NCBI GenBank assembly: GCA_045533835.1 | Contig: JAZSIM010000014.1 | Coordinates: 20,874-84,873 of the forward strand | DNA length: 64,000 nucleotides | Reading direction: 5' to 3' | Source of the DNA: Acutalibacteraceae bacterium | Lineage (GTDB): Bacteria; Bacillota; Clostridia; Oscillospirales; Acutalibacteraceae | Shown here: piece by piece, positions 8,058-16,587 of the stretch | Numbering within the stretch: position 1 is the stretch's first letter | How the letters are laid out: each line of letters starts with the position of its first letter | Notes under the pieces: generated by a model | The model's database searches: none | Told to the model about the DNA's origin: nothing | What the model saw: only the letters and a program-made list of their open reading frames with translations | Position numbers and translations under genes: made by a program

Positions 8058-8315
8058 ATGCCCAATATCAAGTCCGCAAAGAAGCGTGTCCTTGTTAACA
8101 AAACAAAGGCTGCTCGTAACAAATCCGCTAACTCTGCACTTAAGACAGCTATCAAGAAGGCTAACGCCGCTATTGATGCAAATGCTGCAGACAAGGCTGC
8201 CGCTGTCAATCTCGCTGTAAAGAAGATCGACCAGGCTGCTGCAAAGGGTCTTATCCACAAGAACAACGCAGCTCGTAAAAAGTCTGCTCTTGTTACAAAA
8301 CTCAACAAGGCATAA
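8058..8315 (+). CDS. rpsT: 30S ribosomal protein S20
   Basis: MPNIKSAKKRVLVNKTKAARNKSANSALKTAIKK. The RBS AGAAGGAGGTG lies upstream. Confidence 0.95.
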   Translation: MPNIKSAKKRVLVNKTKAARNKSANSALKTAIKKANAAIDANAADKAAAVNLAVKKIDQAAAKGLIHKNNAARKKSALVTKLNKA

Positions 8316-8426
8316 GAGTGCCGAGCTTTTTGCAGGCACTCCGCATTTTACGGAGCTGCTCCGAACTCACGGATAAACGGACCGTGTTAAACCGTTTATC
8401 CTAATTATGAAAGGACGGTAATACTA

Positions 8427-8597
8427 ATGAAAAAAGCACTTAAAATCATCGCTATCGTTATAGCAATTGCCGCTGCAATAGCCGGTATTTATGTTGTTGT
8501 TACAAAGTTTATCAACAAAAAGCAGAACACAACAGATGAAGAAAATTATGTATCCTGCTCCTGCGAAGAAGAGTTTTCTTCCGAAACAATAGCTTAA
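8427..8597 (+). CDS. Small single-TM protein, 56 aa (below the ORF-track cutoff)
   Basis: MKKALKIIAIVIAIAAAIAGIYVVVTKFINKKQNTTDEENYVSCSCEEEFSSETIA. AAAGGACGG lies upstream and a strong terminator lies downstream. Confidence 0.45.
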   Translation: MKKALKIIAIVIAIAAAIAGIYVVVTKFINKKQNTTDEENYVSCSCEEEFSSETIA

Positions 8598-8612
8598 AAG
8601 GGATATATAATC

Positions 8613-8647
8613 AAGACGGCGGCATATCAGAATGCCGTCTTTTTTTT
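8613..8647 (+). terminator. Rho-independent terminator
   Basis: AAGACGGC-13 nt-GCCGTCTT followed by TTTTTTT. Confidence 0.7.
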
Positions 8648-8737
8648 GCCGAAAAACAAGCATAAATCACCGTCCCTGACGGATAGAATATAAAGGAGCC
8701 GCAAAAAACTTCCGTTTTTTTACAGCCCCTTTTTTGT

Positions 8738-9448
8738 TTATTCTATTATCAGTTTTTTTACGGTGTATTCCGCAATTCTCAGTCCTGCCTGAGAGGGGAT
8801 GAAGCTGATGCTTGAGGGGGGAAGTCGCTTTTCGTCCTCATTTTCCGGGATGAATTTCGGGCTTACGGGGGATTCGGGTGAATAAAGCACGGTCACCCTT
8901 TTAAGCCCTGCATCACGGTACTTTTTTCTCATAACACGGCACAGGGGACAGTATTCAGTTTTGCCGATATCCGTAATCTTAAAGAATTCTCCCGACATTT
9001 TGGCTCCCGTACCCATTGAGGCAATAAGGGGAGTGTCCGTTTCGGCGCATTTTACGGCAATTGCCGTTTTTGCTGCCGTGTCGTCAATGGCATCAACACA
9101 GAAATCATATTTTACGGGGAAAAATGAATCGATATTTTCCTTTGTAACAAAGTCTGTGATGATATTTACCCTGCAATCGGGATTGATATCAAGAATTCTG
9201 TCACGGGAAACCTCGGTCTTGTATTTTCCCACGGTGGAATGAAGGGCATAAAGCTGACGGTTTATGTTGGAAAGGGAAACCGTATCCCCGTCAACAAGGG
9301 TAATACTGCCCACACCTGCACGGGCAAGAGCCTCTGCCGTATAGGAGCCCACACCGCCCAGACCGAAGATTATCACGGACGAATTATTTAATTTTTCCAC
9401 AGCTGCTTCTCCTAAAAGCATAGCCGTCCTCGAATATTCTTCCTTCAT
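8738..9448 (-). CDS. tcdA: tRNA threonylcarbamoyladenosine dehydratase (ThiF/E1-like)
   Basis: VIIFGLGGVGSYTAEALARAGVGSITLVDGD is a Rossmann/E1-like motif. The 236-aa size fits TcdA/CsdL. Confidence 0.8.
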   Translation of the reverse strand: MKEEYSRTAMLLGEAAVEKLNNSSVIIFGLGGVGSYTAEALARAGVGSITLVDGDTVSLSNINRQLYALHSTVGKYKTEVSRDRILDINPDCRVNIITDFVTKENIDSFFPVKYDFCVDAIDDTAAKTAIAVKCAETDTPLIASMGTGAKMSGEFFKITDIGKTEYCPLCRVMRKKYRDAGLKRVTVLYSPESPVSPKFIPENEDEKRLPPSSISFIPSQAGLRIAEYTVKKLIIE

Positions 9449-9524
9449 ACTATCCTCCGCGGTACAGAACCGGATAAACTTTTATTTTATAATACATCTT
9501 TTTTTTAATATATACAAGACTTAC

Positions 9525-9553
9525 TTGCTTTTTAACAGAAATAATAGTAAAAT
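9525..9553 (+). promoter_or_regulatory. SigmaA-type promoter candidate for the GH38 operon
   Basis: TTGCTT, 17 nt, then TAAAAT. Confidence 0.45.
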
Positions 9554-9584
9554 TAATATGATTATGTATACCAAGGGGGATTTT

Positions 9585-11381
9585 ATGAAAACCATTAAGC
9601 TTAAAAATTCTCTTGCAAGAGAAATAAAGATTTACGGAAAATATGACTCTGCCGTTCCCAAGGGTGCTTTTTCCGTAAAGAGCGGTGCACCCGATCTGTC
9701 GGGTGTGTTATATCCGCTTCCTTCCCGTAAGAAGGATTATACCTGCTTTGCGAAATACGGCAACGTTCTGTGGCTCGGTGCTCCCAACGGACTTACCCGT
9801 TATGATGAAAATGCAGAGTATGAGATAGATAAGGTGCAGTATTTCTCCGCATCCCGCGATCTTCCCGATAATGACGTAAAGGCTGTTTACGTCGAAGAGG
9901 GTGAAAAGGAAAGCGTATGGGTAAAAACCGCTACGGGTGTGACAAATATCGTGCTCAGCGAAATTACCTGCGAGGAAAAGGCTTTAAGGCTTACCGAGGA
10001 AACAGAAAAATACGTTTCCCGCCGCGGTATGTGCACACAGAGAACACTTACGGTCCCCCGTGAGCTTTCCTCCGTTGTGCCTTACGGTCATTCCGACAAC
10101 TCGGGTACCTTCACCTGCGGCTTTGCTATCGGTGAATTATGCAAATACGCAGTTTATAAGAAGAAGTACGGTGCTGACGACGAAAGAACTCTTGCCGCTA
10201 AAAAGAGTGCAATAAGAGCATCAGAGGCATGTCAGCTTCTTATGTATATTCCCGGCCGCGGCGACGGCTTCGTTGCAAGAACCTATATGGTTCCCACAGA
10301 GCCCGTACCCGATGACGGTCTTTTCTATAAAAAGATGGGGGACAAGGCAGTTGTTCTGCCCACAACGGGTGCCAAGCAGAGAGGTATTGCAGGCAAGGAG
10401 ATATATGCAGGTGCGCCCATTCCCGAAAGACTTTCCCATCTTTATACAGACCTCGGTTATTCCCATGAGGGTATAGTTTACAAGGGAGATACAAGCTCCG
10501 ACGAAATCACTCTTCACTATCTCTTTATGTATTTCTTCCACGAGATTATGGGAGAAGAGGACCCCGAGCTTGACGAAATCGTGAAAACAGCCGCTAAGAA
10601 CACAATGAAGCATATCATTGACCACGGCTTCGAATTCCACGAAACCTCAACAGGCAAGCCCACAACCTGGGCAAAGTGGAGCAAGGCTTACTTTGAAACT
10701 CTTCTCGGCTGGTCCGACGGCTGTCTTAATGCAACCGAGCTTCTTATGTACCTTAAGGTCACAATGCACATCACGGGTGAAAAGGGCTTATGGGAGGAAA
10801 CCTACAATAAGCTCGTAAAAGAGGACGGCTATGCAAGGCTTACCTCTCTTCACAAGGAGCGCTTCCATATTTCCGCACTTCTTGAGGGCGGTGAGGACGT
10901 CGAAGGACTTATGTACGGTGACAATATGCTTGCCACAAGTGCATACTGGCTGCTTATCACCCTTGAGGATGATGCAGAGCTTAAGGAGCTTTATAAAAAC
11001 GGCTACAGAGGCTGGAACGGTACCTTCCGCCGTGAGCATAATCCTGCTTATGACATTCCCTTTATGCTTTCCTGCCCCGAGGATGAAATAAATACAGATG
11101 AGCTTGCCGACTGGTTCAGACGCGTGGGCGTTACAAGACTTGTAACATCTGTAAGCCTTTCATCCCGTTATGATGTTCCCTGCCGTAAGAGAATGGGCGG
11201 TGAAAAGGAGGCATCGTGGCGACTCTGCCCCGATGAATTCCCCATTTCAAAATATGACAGAAATCCCTATTCATATAAAGACCACGAGGGCGGAAGAGAT
11301 TGCTATCAGCTTGAAAGCTGTTACGTCTACACCTTCGCATACTGGCTCGGAAGATATGCAGGGCTTATAGAGGAGGAATAA
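9585..11381 (+). CDS. Hypothetical protein (598 aa), first gene of the GH38 operon
   Basis: The start MKTIKLKN follows AAGGGGGA. I recognise no family motif. The stop lies 2 nt before the GH38 ATG. Confidence 0.7.
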   Translation: MKTIKLKNSLAREIKIYGKYDSAVPKGAFSVKSGAPDLSGVLYPLPSRKKDYTCFAKYGNVLWLGAPNGLTRYDENAEYEIDKVQYFSASRDLPDNDVKAVYVEEGEKESVWVKTATGVTNIVLSEITCEEKALRLTEETEKYVSRRGMCTQRTLTVPRELSSVVPYGHSDNSGTFTCGFAIGELCKYAVYKKKYGADDERTLAAKKSAIRASEACQLLMYIPGRGDGFVARTYMVPTEPVPDDGLFYKKMGDKAVVLPTTGAKQRGIAGKEIYAGAPIPERLSHLYTDLGYSHEGIVYKGDTSSDEITLHYLFMYFFHEIMGEEDPELDEIVKTAAKNTMKHIIDHGFEFHETSTGKPTTWAKWSKAYFETLLGWSDGCLNATELLMYLKVTMHITGEKGLWEETYNKLVKEDGYARLTSLHKERFHISALLEGGEDVEGLMYGDNMLATSAYWLLITLEDDAELKELYKNGYRGWNGTFRREHNPAYDIPFMLSCPEDEINTDELADWFRRVGVTRLVTSVSLSSRYDVPCRKRMGGEKEASWRLCPDEFPISKYDRNPYSYKDHEGGRDCYQLESCYVYTFAYWLGRYAGLIEEE

Positions 11382-11383
11382 TA

Positions 11384-13858
11384 ATGGCTGATACATCAAG
11401 AATACATCTCGTAGGCAACGCTCACCTTGACCCCATCTGGCTCTGGCGCTGGCAGGAGGGCTGCGGTGAGGTGCTTCAGACCTTCAGAAGCGCACTTGAC
11501 AGACTTAACGAATATAATGACTTTATTTTTACCTGCTCCTCTGCCGCTTACTATAAGTGGGTTGAGGAAATCGACCCTGATATGTTTGCCGAAATCACTC
11601 AGCGCGTAAAGGAGGGCAGATGGGTGCCCGTAAACGGCTGGTGGGTACAGCCCGACTGCAATATGCCCTCAGGCGAATCCTTTGCCCGTCAGGCTCTTTA
11701 TTCTCAGCTTTATTACTATGAAAAGTTCGGCAAAATCTGCACAACGGGCTATAACGTAGACTCCTTCGGTCATAATGCCATGATGCCGCAGCTGCTTTTC
11801 AAGGGCGGTATGACTAACTATGTTTTCCAGCGTCCCACCCCCAACGAGAATCCCGATATCCCCGTAACCTTCATCTGGGAGAGCATGGACGGCTCAAGAG
11901 TGCTTACCTACCGTCTTCCCCACGGCTATGCCGACCACGGCAAAAATGCAATTGATTCGGGACTTGAATGTGCCGAAAAGTTTATTAATGAAACAGGCCA
12001 CGGTATGATGCTGTTCTACGGCGTCGGTAACCACGGCGGCGGCCCCACAAGAGGAGATATTGAATACCTCAAGGAAAATATGACCCGTGAGGGCTGGCAT
12101 AAGCTGCAGTTCTCATCCCCCGATATGTATTTTAAGGCACTGACATTACAGTTCCCCGACCTTCCCTTATGGAAGGATGAATTACAGCACCACGCAAGCG
12201 GCTGCTACAGCGCAACAAGCCTTGTAAAGAAGCTCAACCGTCAGGCTGAAAACTCCCTTTTTGCATCCGAGGCCTTCTCAACCGTTGCAAATAAGGAATA
12301 TAAGATGGAAGCTAAGACCGAGGACTTTAAGACCGCCTGGCGTGAGGTATGCTTCAATCAGTTCCACGATATTCTCTGCGGCTGCTCCATAATGGAAGCT
12401 TATGATGACGTAAGAGATTCCATGGGACACGCTATGAATATTTCCTCCAAGATTTACAACGAAGCAGTTCTCAGAATCGCAAGGAAGATTGACACCTGGG
12501 TTGACGGTGTTTCGGATCCCGTATGTACTGAGGTCAGAAATCAGTCCTGCGGTAATTTCCCCCGTCCCGTTGTTGTATTCAATCCCCATTCCTTTGATAT
12601 TGAGGTTTCCGTGCGCGCTTACAACGCTTCAAGCAAGGTAACGGACTGCGAGGGCAAGGATGTTCCCTTCCAGAACGTGCGCTCCTCCCGTTCAAACGAC
12701 TCTCATATGGATACCTGCTTTATAGCTAAGGTGCCTGCTCTCGGATATAGCACATACTGGCTTACCTGGTGGAGAGAAAATGACGAGGTAAAGAGCGTTT
12801 CCTCAGACGTAATGGCTGACGGTCTTACAATTGAAAATAAGTATATAAAGGCAACCTTCTCCGAAAAGACGGGCGCAATCGTAAGTCTTATCAATAAGGA
12901 AACAGGCTTCGATTATGCAAGTGCCGAAAAGCCCGTTGCTGTTCCCACGGTAATTGACGACAGTGACACGGACACCTGGGCACATAACGTATTTACCTTC
13001 CACAATGTAAAGGGCACAATGGAGCTTGAAAGTATCGAGCTTGTTGAGGCAGGCCCTGCCCGTGCGGTAGTAAGAGTTAAGAGTAAATTCGGTGAATCCC
13101 ACCTTTCTCAGGACTTCATCCTTGCTGCCGGTGCAAAGGTTCTTCGCGTAAAGTGCAAGGCACTGTGGCAGGAAAGGTTCACTATGCTTAAAATGTCCTT
13201 CCCCGTTACAGGCGACAATGCAGAGAACACCTACGAGATTCCTGCAGGCTTCATAAAGCGTCCCGTAAACGGTGAGGAGGAGCCGGCACAGCGTTGGGGT
13301 GCAATCTCCTTCGATAACGGTGAAAGAAGAACACTTGCAGTTCTTAATGACAGCAAGTATTCCTACGATTGCAAGGGAAATGACCTTCGCATTACTCTTA
13401 TGCGAAATGTTATTTTTGCAGACCACTATTCACACCGTCCTGCAGCAGACTTCAACTTCACGGATGAAGGCAAGCAGACCTTCGAGTACGGCATTTTCCT
13501 TTGTGACGGAGCTCCCGAATTAAACGGCATCACTAAGGAAGCCGCTCTCTTCAATGTCCGTCCCGTGCTCGTTCCCGAAAGCTATCACAAGGGCTCAGAG
13601 CCTCAGCAGAAGAGATTTATTTACTGCGATAAAGACAATGTCATTATGACCGCGTTCAAATTAGCAGAGGACGGCTCAGGCGATACAGTTATCCGTTTTG
13701 CAGAAACCTCAGGTAAGGAAACAAGAGCTGCTATCGTGTGCGATATGCTCGACTGCGGCTTCAGGGCTGATTTCCTTCCCTGCGAAATCAAGACCTTCCG
13801 CGTAGACGCCGACGGCAGAGTAACCGAAGAAAACTTCCTTGAAGGCAATATAAAGTAA
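11384..13858 (+). CDS. Alpha-mannosidase, glycoside hydrolase family 38
   Basis: IHLVGNAHLDPIWLWRWQEG and DSFGHN are typical GH38 N-terminal motifs. Length is 824 aa. Confidence 0.9.
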   Translation: MADTSRIHLVGNAHLDPIWLWRWQEGCGEVLQTFRSALDRLNEYNDFIFTCSSAAYYKWVEEIDPDMFAEITQRVKEGRWVPVNGWWVQPDCNMPSGESFARQALYSQLYYYEKFGKICTTGYNVDSFGHNAMMPQLLFKGGMTNYVFQRPTPNENPDIPVTFIWESMDGSRVLTYRLPHGYADHGKNAIDSGLECAEKFINETGHGMMLFYGVGNHGGGPTRGDIEYLKENMTREGWHKLQFSSPDMYFKALTLQFPDLPLWKDELQHHASGCYSATSLVKKLNRQAENSLFASEAFSTVANKEYKMEAKTEDFKTAWREVCFNQFHDILCGCSIMEAYDDVRDSMGHAMNISSKIYNEAVLRIARKIDTWVDGVSDPVCTEVRNQSCGNFPRPVVVFNPHSFDIEVSVRAYNASSKVTDCEGKDVPFQNVRSSRSNDSHMDTCFIAKVPALGYSTYWLTWWRENDEVKSVSSDVMADGLTIENKYIKATFSEKTGAIVSLINKETGFDYASAEKPVAVPTVIDDSDTDTWAHNVFTFHNVKGTMELESIELVEAGPARAVVRVKSKFGESHLSQDFILAAGAKVLRVKCKALWQERFTMLKMSFPVTGDNAENTYEIPAGFIKRPVNGEEEPAQRWGAISFDNGERRTLAVLNDSKYSYDCKGNDLRITLMRNVIFADHYSHRPAADFNFTDEGKQTFEYGIFLCDGAPELNGITKEAALFNVRPVLVPESYHKGSEPQQKRFIYCDKDNVIMTAFKLAEDGSGDTVIRFAETSGKETRAAIVCDMLDCGFRADFLPCEIKTFRVDADGRVTEENFLEGNIK

Positions 13859-13934
13859 TTCGCAATTCGGAATTCGGAGCTTATACTGATTTACAGATGT
13901 AATTGTTCTTTTGTGCAATAATGTAAATTTTATA

Positions 13935-13963
13935 TTGTAGGGGATGGCGTCCCCGACATCCCG
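13935..13963 (+). repeat. TTGTAGGGG hairpin module, copy 2
   Basis: TTGTAGGGGATGGCGTCCCCGACATCCCG. The stem is GGGATG/CATCCC here versus GGGAGG/CCTCCC in copy 1. Confidence 0.8.
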
Positions 13964-13973
13964 AAAAACAAAA

Positions 13974-14009
13974 GTGCAGAAGTTTTTACGCTTCTGCACT
14001 TAATTTTTT
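13974..14009 (+). terminator. Rho-independent terminator after GH38
   Basis: GTGCAGAAG-8 nt-CTTCTGCAC followed by TTAATTTTTT. Confidence 0.65.
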
Positions 14010-14019
14010 GTATAATGCC

Positions 14020-14158
14020 GACCGCAAGGTCCCGAAACATTTGCCGAAAGGCAAATATATCACTCATTCCGCAGGAATGAATATCACTTCCCGAAGGGAA
14101 ATATCACTTTTTGCGAAGCAAAAAATATCACTTCATAATTTAGCTCGCTAAATTATGA
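14020..14158 (-). repeat. GTGATAT-box / mini-hairpin array, minus-strand copy
   Basis: ATATCAC occurs on the plus strand at 14057, 14081, 14101 and 14125. The hairpins sit at the same relative positions as in 4636..4776. The array starts directly after the TAA of the aminopeptidase gene. Confidence 0.85.
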
Positions 14159-15385
14159 TTACTTCGCCCAGGTGCCGTTTTCGAAAATCTTAGTGGCCTT
14201 TCCGTCCTTGTAGCCTGTAATTTCCATATCGTCTGCACCTATCATAAAGTCAACGTGAATCATACTGTCGTTGATGCCGAGAGCTCTGCATTCCTCGTTA
14301 GTCTTTTCAAGGTGACCGTCGATGGTGTCGTTATAGCCGGCACCGAGTGCTATATGACAGCTTGCGTTTTCATCGAAAAGAGTTTCGTAGAATAAAATTC
14401 CGCTTTCGCTTATGGGACTGTTCTTGGGGATGAGTGCAAGCTCTCCGAGCATTGAGGCATTTTCATCCATTGTAATCATCTTTGTAAGAAGTGAATTGCC
14501 CTTTTCGGCATTCCATTCAACAGCCTTGCCGTCCTTGAAATTAATCCAGAAGTTCTCTATAAGCTGACCCTCATAGGAAAGAGGCATGGTGGAAACAACC
14601 TTGCCCTCTGCCTTACCTGCAATGGGGGAGGTGAATACCTCCTCTGTGGGCATATTTGGATTGAAAACAACTCCCTGCTTTGTCTTCTCGGCTCCTCCGC
14701 ACCAATGTCCCTGGGGGATAAGCCATGCCTTGAAGTCCGTGCCGTTCCCGCTCTTGTAATGAAGATAGTCGAATTTATAGGAATTGAGCCATTCACACTT
14801 CTCTCTGAGGGTCTTGTTGTGCTCCTCCCATTCTGCCACGGGGTCATTATCCTCGGTAACGTGCACGGTCCTGAGAATTGCATCCCATAATTTATTATAT
14901 GCCTGATATTTTGTAAGAGAGGGGAACACCTTCTTTGCCCATTCGTAGGAGGGTACGGCGGCAATTGTCCACTGATGGCGGTTTTCAATAGCATCTCTGT
15001 AGGGCTTAATAATGGGATAGCGTGCAATTCTTGCCTTCTGCATCTTTTCCTGATTAACACCCTTAAGTCCGTCGGGATCCTCGCTGATAATGTAAATACG
15101 GCAGGGAAGCTCCTCGGTCATTAATTTAAGCTTTTCCTCCTCCCACTTTTCAACCTTGGAAAGAGATTTTAAGCTTCTGTGGCGGTAGTCAAGCTTTGTT
15201 ATGGGCTGATGGTCCCACTCAAGCATAACCTTGCTTGCTCCTGCTTTATAGCATTCATCAACAAGAATCGTCACGAATTCATACTGATCAACGCTTGCAT
15301 AGAGCTTTACGGGCTGTCCCTTCTGAATATTTGCACCCGTTCTTGCAATAAGACGGGCGTATTTTCTCTGTATTGATTTTTTCAT
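14159..15385 (-). CDS. Aminopeptidase, peptidase family M29 (AmpS/PepS-like)
   Basis: MKKSIQRKYARLIARTGANIQKGQPVKLYASVDQYEFVTILVDECYKAGA... plus a C-terminal HIALG/DFMIG pattern. Confidence 0.85.
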   Translation of the reverse strand: MKKSIQRKYARLIARTGANIQKGQPVKLYASVDQYEFVTILVDECYKAGASKVMLEWDHQPITKLDYRHRSLKSLSKVEKWEEEKLKLMTEELPCRIYIISEDPDGLKGVNQEKMQKARIARYPIIKPYRDAIENRHQWTIAAVPSYEWAKKVFPSLTKYQAYNKLWDAILRTVHVTEDNDPVAEWEEHNKTLREKCEWLNSYKFDYLHYKSGNGTDFKAWLIPQGHWCGGAEKTKQGVVFNPNMPTEEVFTSPIAGKAEGKVVSTMPLSYEGQLIENFWINFKDGKAVEWNAEKGNSLLTKMITMDENASMLGELALIPKNSPISESGILFYETLFDENASCHIALGAGYNDTIDGHLEKTNEECRALGINDSMIHVDFMIGADDMEITGYKDGKATKIFENGTWAK

Positions 15386-15554
15386 AATATCACTCCGTTG
15401 ATATATATTACGTAAGAAATTCTAACACTTTAATTATGTTTTTTCAATAGCAGCCGTATACAAAAATTACAAAAAGAGTGATAAAAATTACATTACAAAA
15501 ATATTAACTTTTTATGTGCTATGATATATTTGAAGAATTATAAGGAGGAATGCT

Positions 15555-16475
15555 ATGAATTTCAGTATTATCTATAACCCCATTGCAACACAGTTTTCCC
15601 AGGCAGCGCTTGACCATCTTATTTTCAAATTCGTTGAAAAAGGTCTTAAGCTCAACACAGTAGCAAAGAGTGAATATTCGGGTCACGTTATAAAGCTCAT
15701 TAAGGAGCTTGATCCCGTATCAGACTATCTCATAACCTTCGGCGGTGACGGTACTGTAAATGAAGCAGTCCGTGCCTTTAATGATATAGAACAGCACAGT
15801 ATATATGCCCATATTTCAGTCGGTACTACAAACGATATGGCAAACAACTTCAACCTTATAAGAAAGGATGCCATAAAGAGTATTGACAAGCTTGCAGAAA
15901 AGGGCAAGGTTTGTCTTATGGACTCCCTCATTGTAAACGGTGAGCCTGTATGCTACGTTTCAGCCTTCGGCTATATTGCGGCAGTTCCTTACCTTGTGAA
16001 TCCCACCCTCAAGAAGAAGCTCGGTCACGCGGCTTACGTTTTTGCAGCTCTGCCTCCTCTTCTTAAGGGTCCTCAGAAAATAAAGGCTACATACACCGCA
16101 AACGGTGTTACCAAGGATACCAATATACTTCTGGGGCTTATCACAACCTCGAAGGGAATGGGCGGTATATCTCTTTACGAAAATGTTGATCTTAACGACG
16201 GCAAGTTTGAGGTTTGCCTTATCCACGATTTCACCCCCGCAATGATTGCCAAAATCTTCGGTGAATATCTGACAGACAGCGTAGACCTTTCAAAGTATCT
16301 TAAATATGCCGATGTTTTTACAACGGATGAGCTTCATATCAAATTTACGGGTGTGCTTCCTTATCACGATGTTGACAATGACGGCAACAAGGCAGATTTT
16401 CAGCTTACCCTTCACGAAAACGAGCTTCATTACACAGTAGGCAAGAAGATTAAGATTCTGATGCCCGAGTATTAA
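15555..16475 (+). CDS. Diacylglycerol kinase-family lipid kinase (YegS/BmrU-like)
   Basis: The FGGDGTVNEAV catalytic-domain motif is present. The RBS AAGGAGGA lies upstream. Confidence 0.85.
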   Translation: MNFSIIYNPIATQFSQAALDHLIFKFVEKGLKLNTVAKSEYSGHVIKLIKELDPVSDYLITFGGDGTVNEAVRAFNDIEQHSIYAHISVGTTNDMANNFNLIRKDAIKSIDKLAEKGKVCLMDSLIVNGEPVCYVSAFGYIAAVPYLVNPTLKKKLGHAAYVFAALPPLLKGPQKIKATYTANGVTKDTNILLGLITTSKGMGGISLYENVDLNDGKFEVCLIHDFTPAMIAKIFGEYLTDSVDLSKYLKYADVFTTDELHIKFTGVLPYHDVDNDGNKADFQLTLHENELHYTVGKKIKILMPEY

Positions 16476-16490
16476 AAATATTTTTACGGT

Positions 16491-16523
16491 CTGCAGGGAA
16501 ATTTCCTTGCAGGCTGTTTTATT
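16491..16523 (+). terminator. Rho-independent terminator
   Basis: CTGCAGGGA-AATT-TCCTTGCAG followed by GCTGTTTTATT. Confidence 0.5.
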
Positions 16524-16587
16524 AATTGACAACGAAAGCTTTAATTGATATCATATAATTAATATTTGTATCCGGAGGAGATATTTT

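Noticed and set aside
8021-8308. A 95-aa ORF lies antisense to rpsT.
   Set aside because: It is a mirror frame of a highly conserved Ala/Lys-rich ribosomal protein gene, and its sequence is low-complexity Ala/Leu/Phe.
7926-8339. The track gives a 425-aa version of the gpr ORF starting at 8339.
   Set aside because: The N-terminal 138 codons overlap rpsT on the opposite strand and have no GPR similarity. The conserved GPR N-terminus MNIRTDLALE starts at 7925.
12803-13426. A 207-aa minus-strand ORF lies inside the GH38 gene.
   Set aside because: It is antisense to a gene with clear GH38 motifs, and nothing supports it as a real gene.
4463-14158. Inverted copies of the GTGATAT array flank a ~9.5-kb segment, which could suggest a composite transposon or invertible segment.
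   Set aside because: The enclosed genes are housekeeping genes in conserved Firmicutes synteny (rpsT-gpr-spoIIP, tcdA, the GH38 operon). There is no transposase, recombinase or integrase. Each array is better explained as a 3'-proximal element of its own neighbouring gene.
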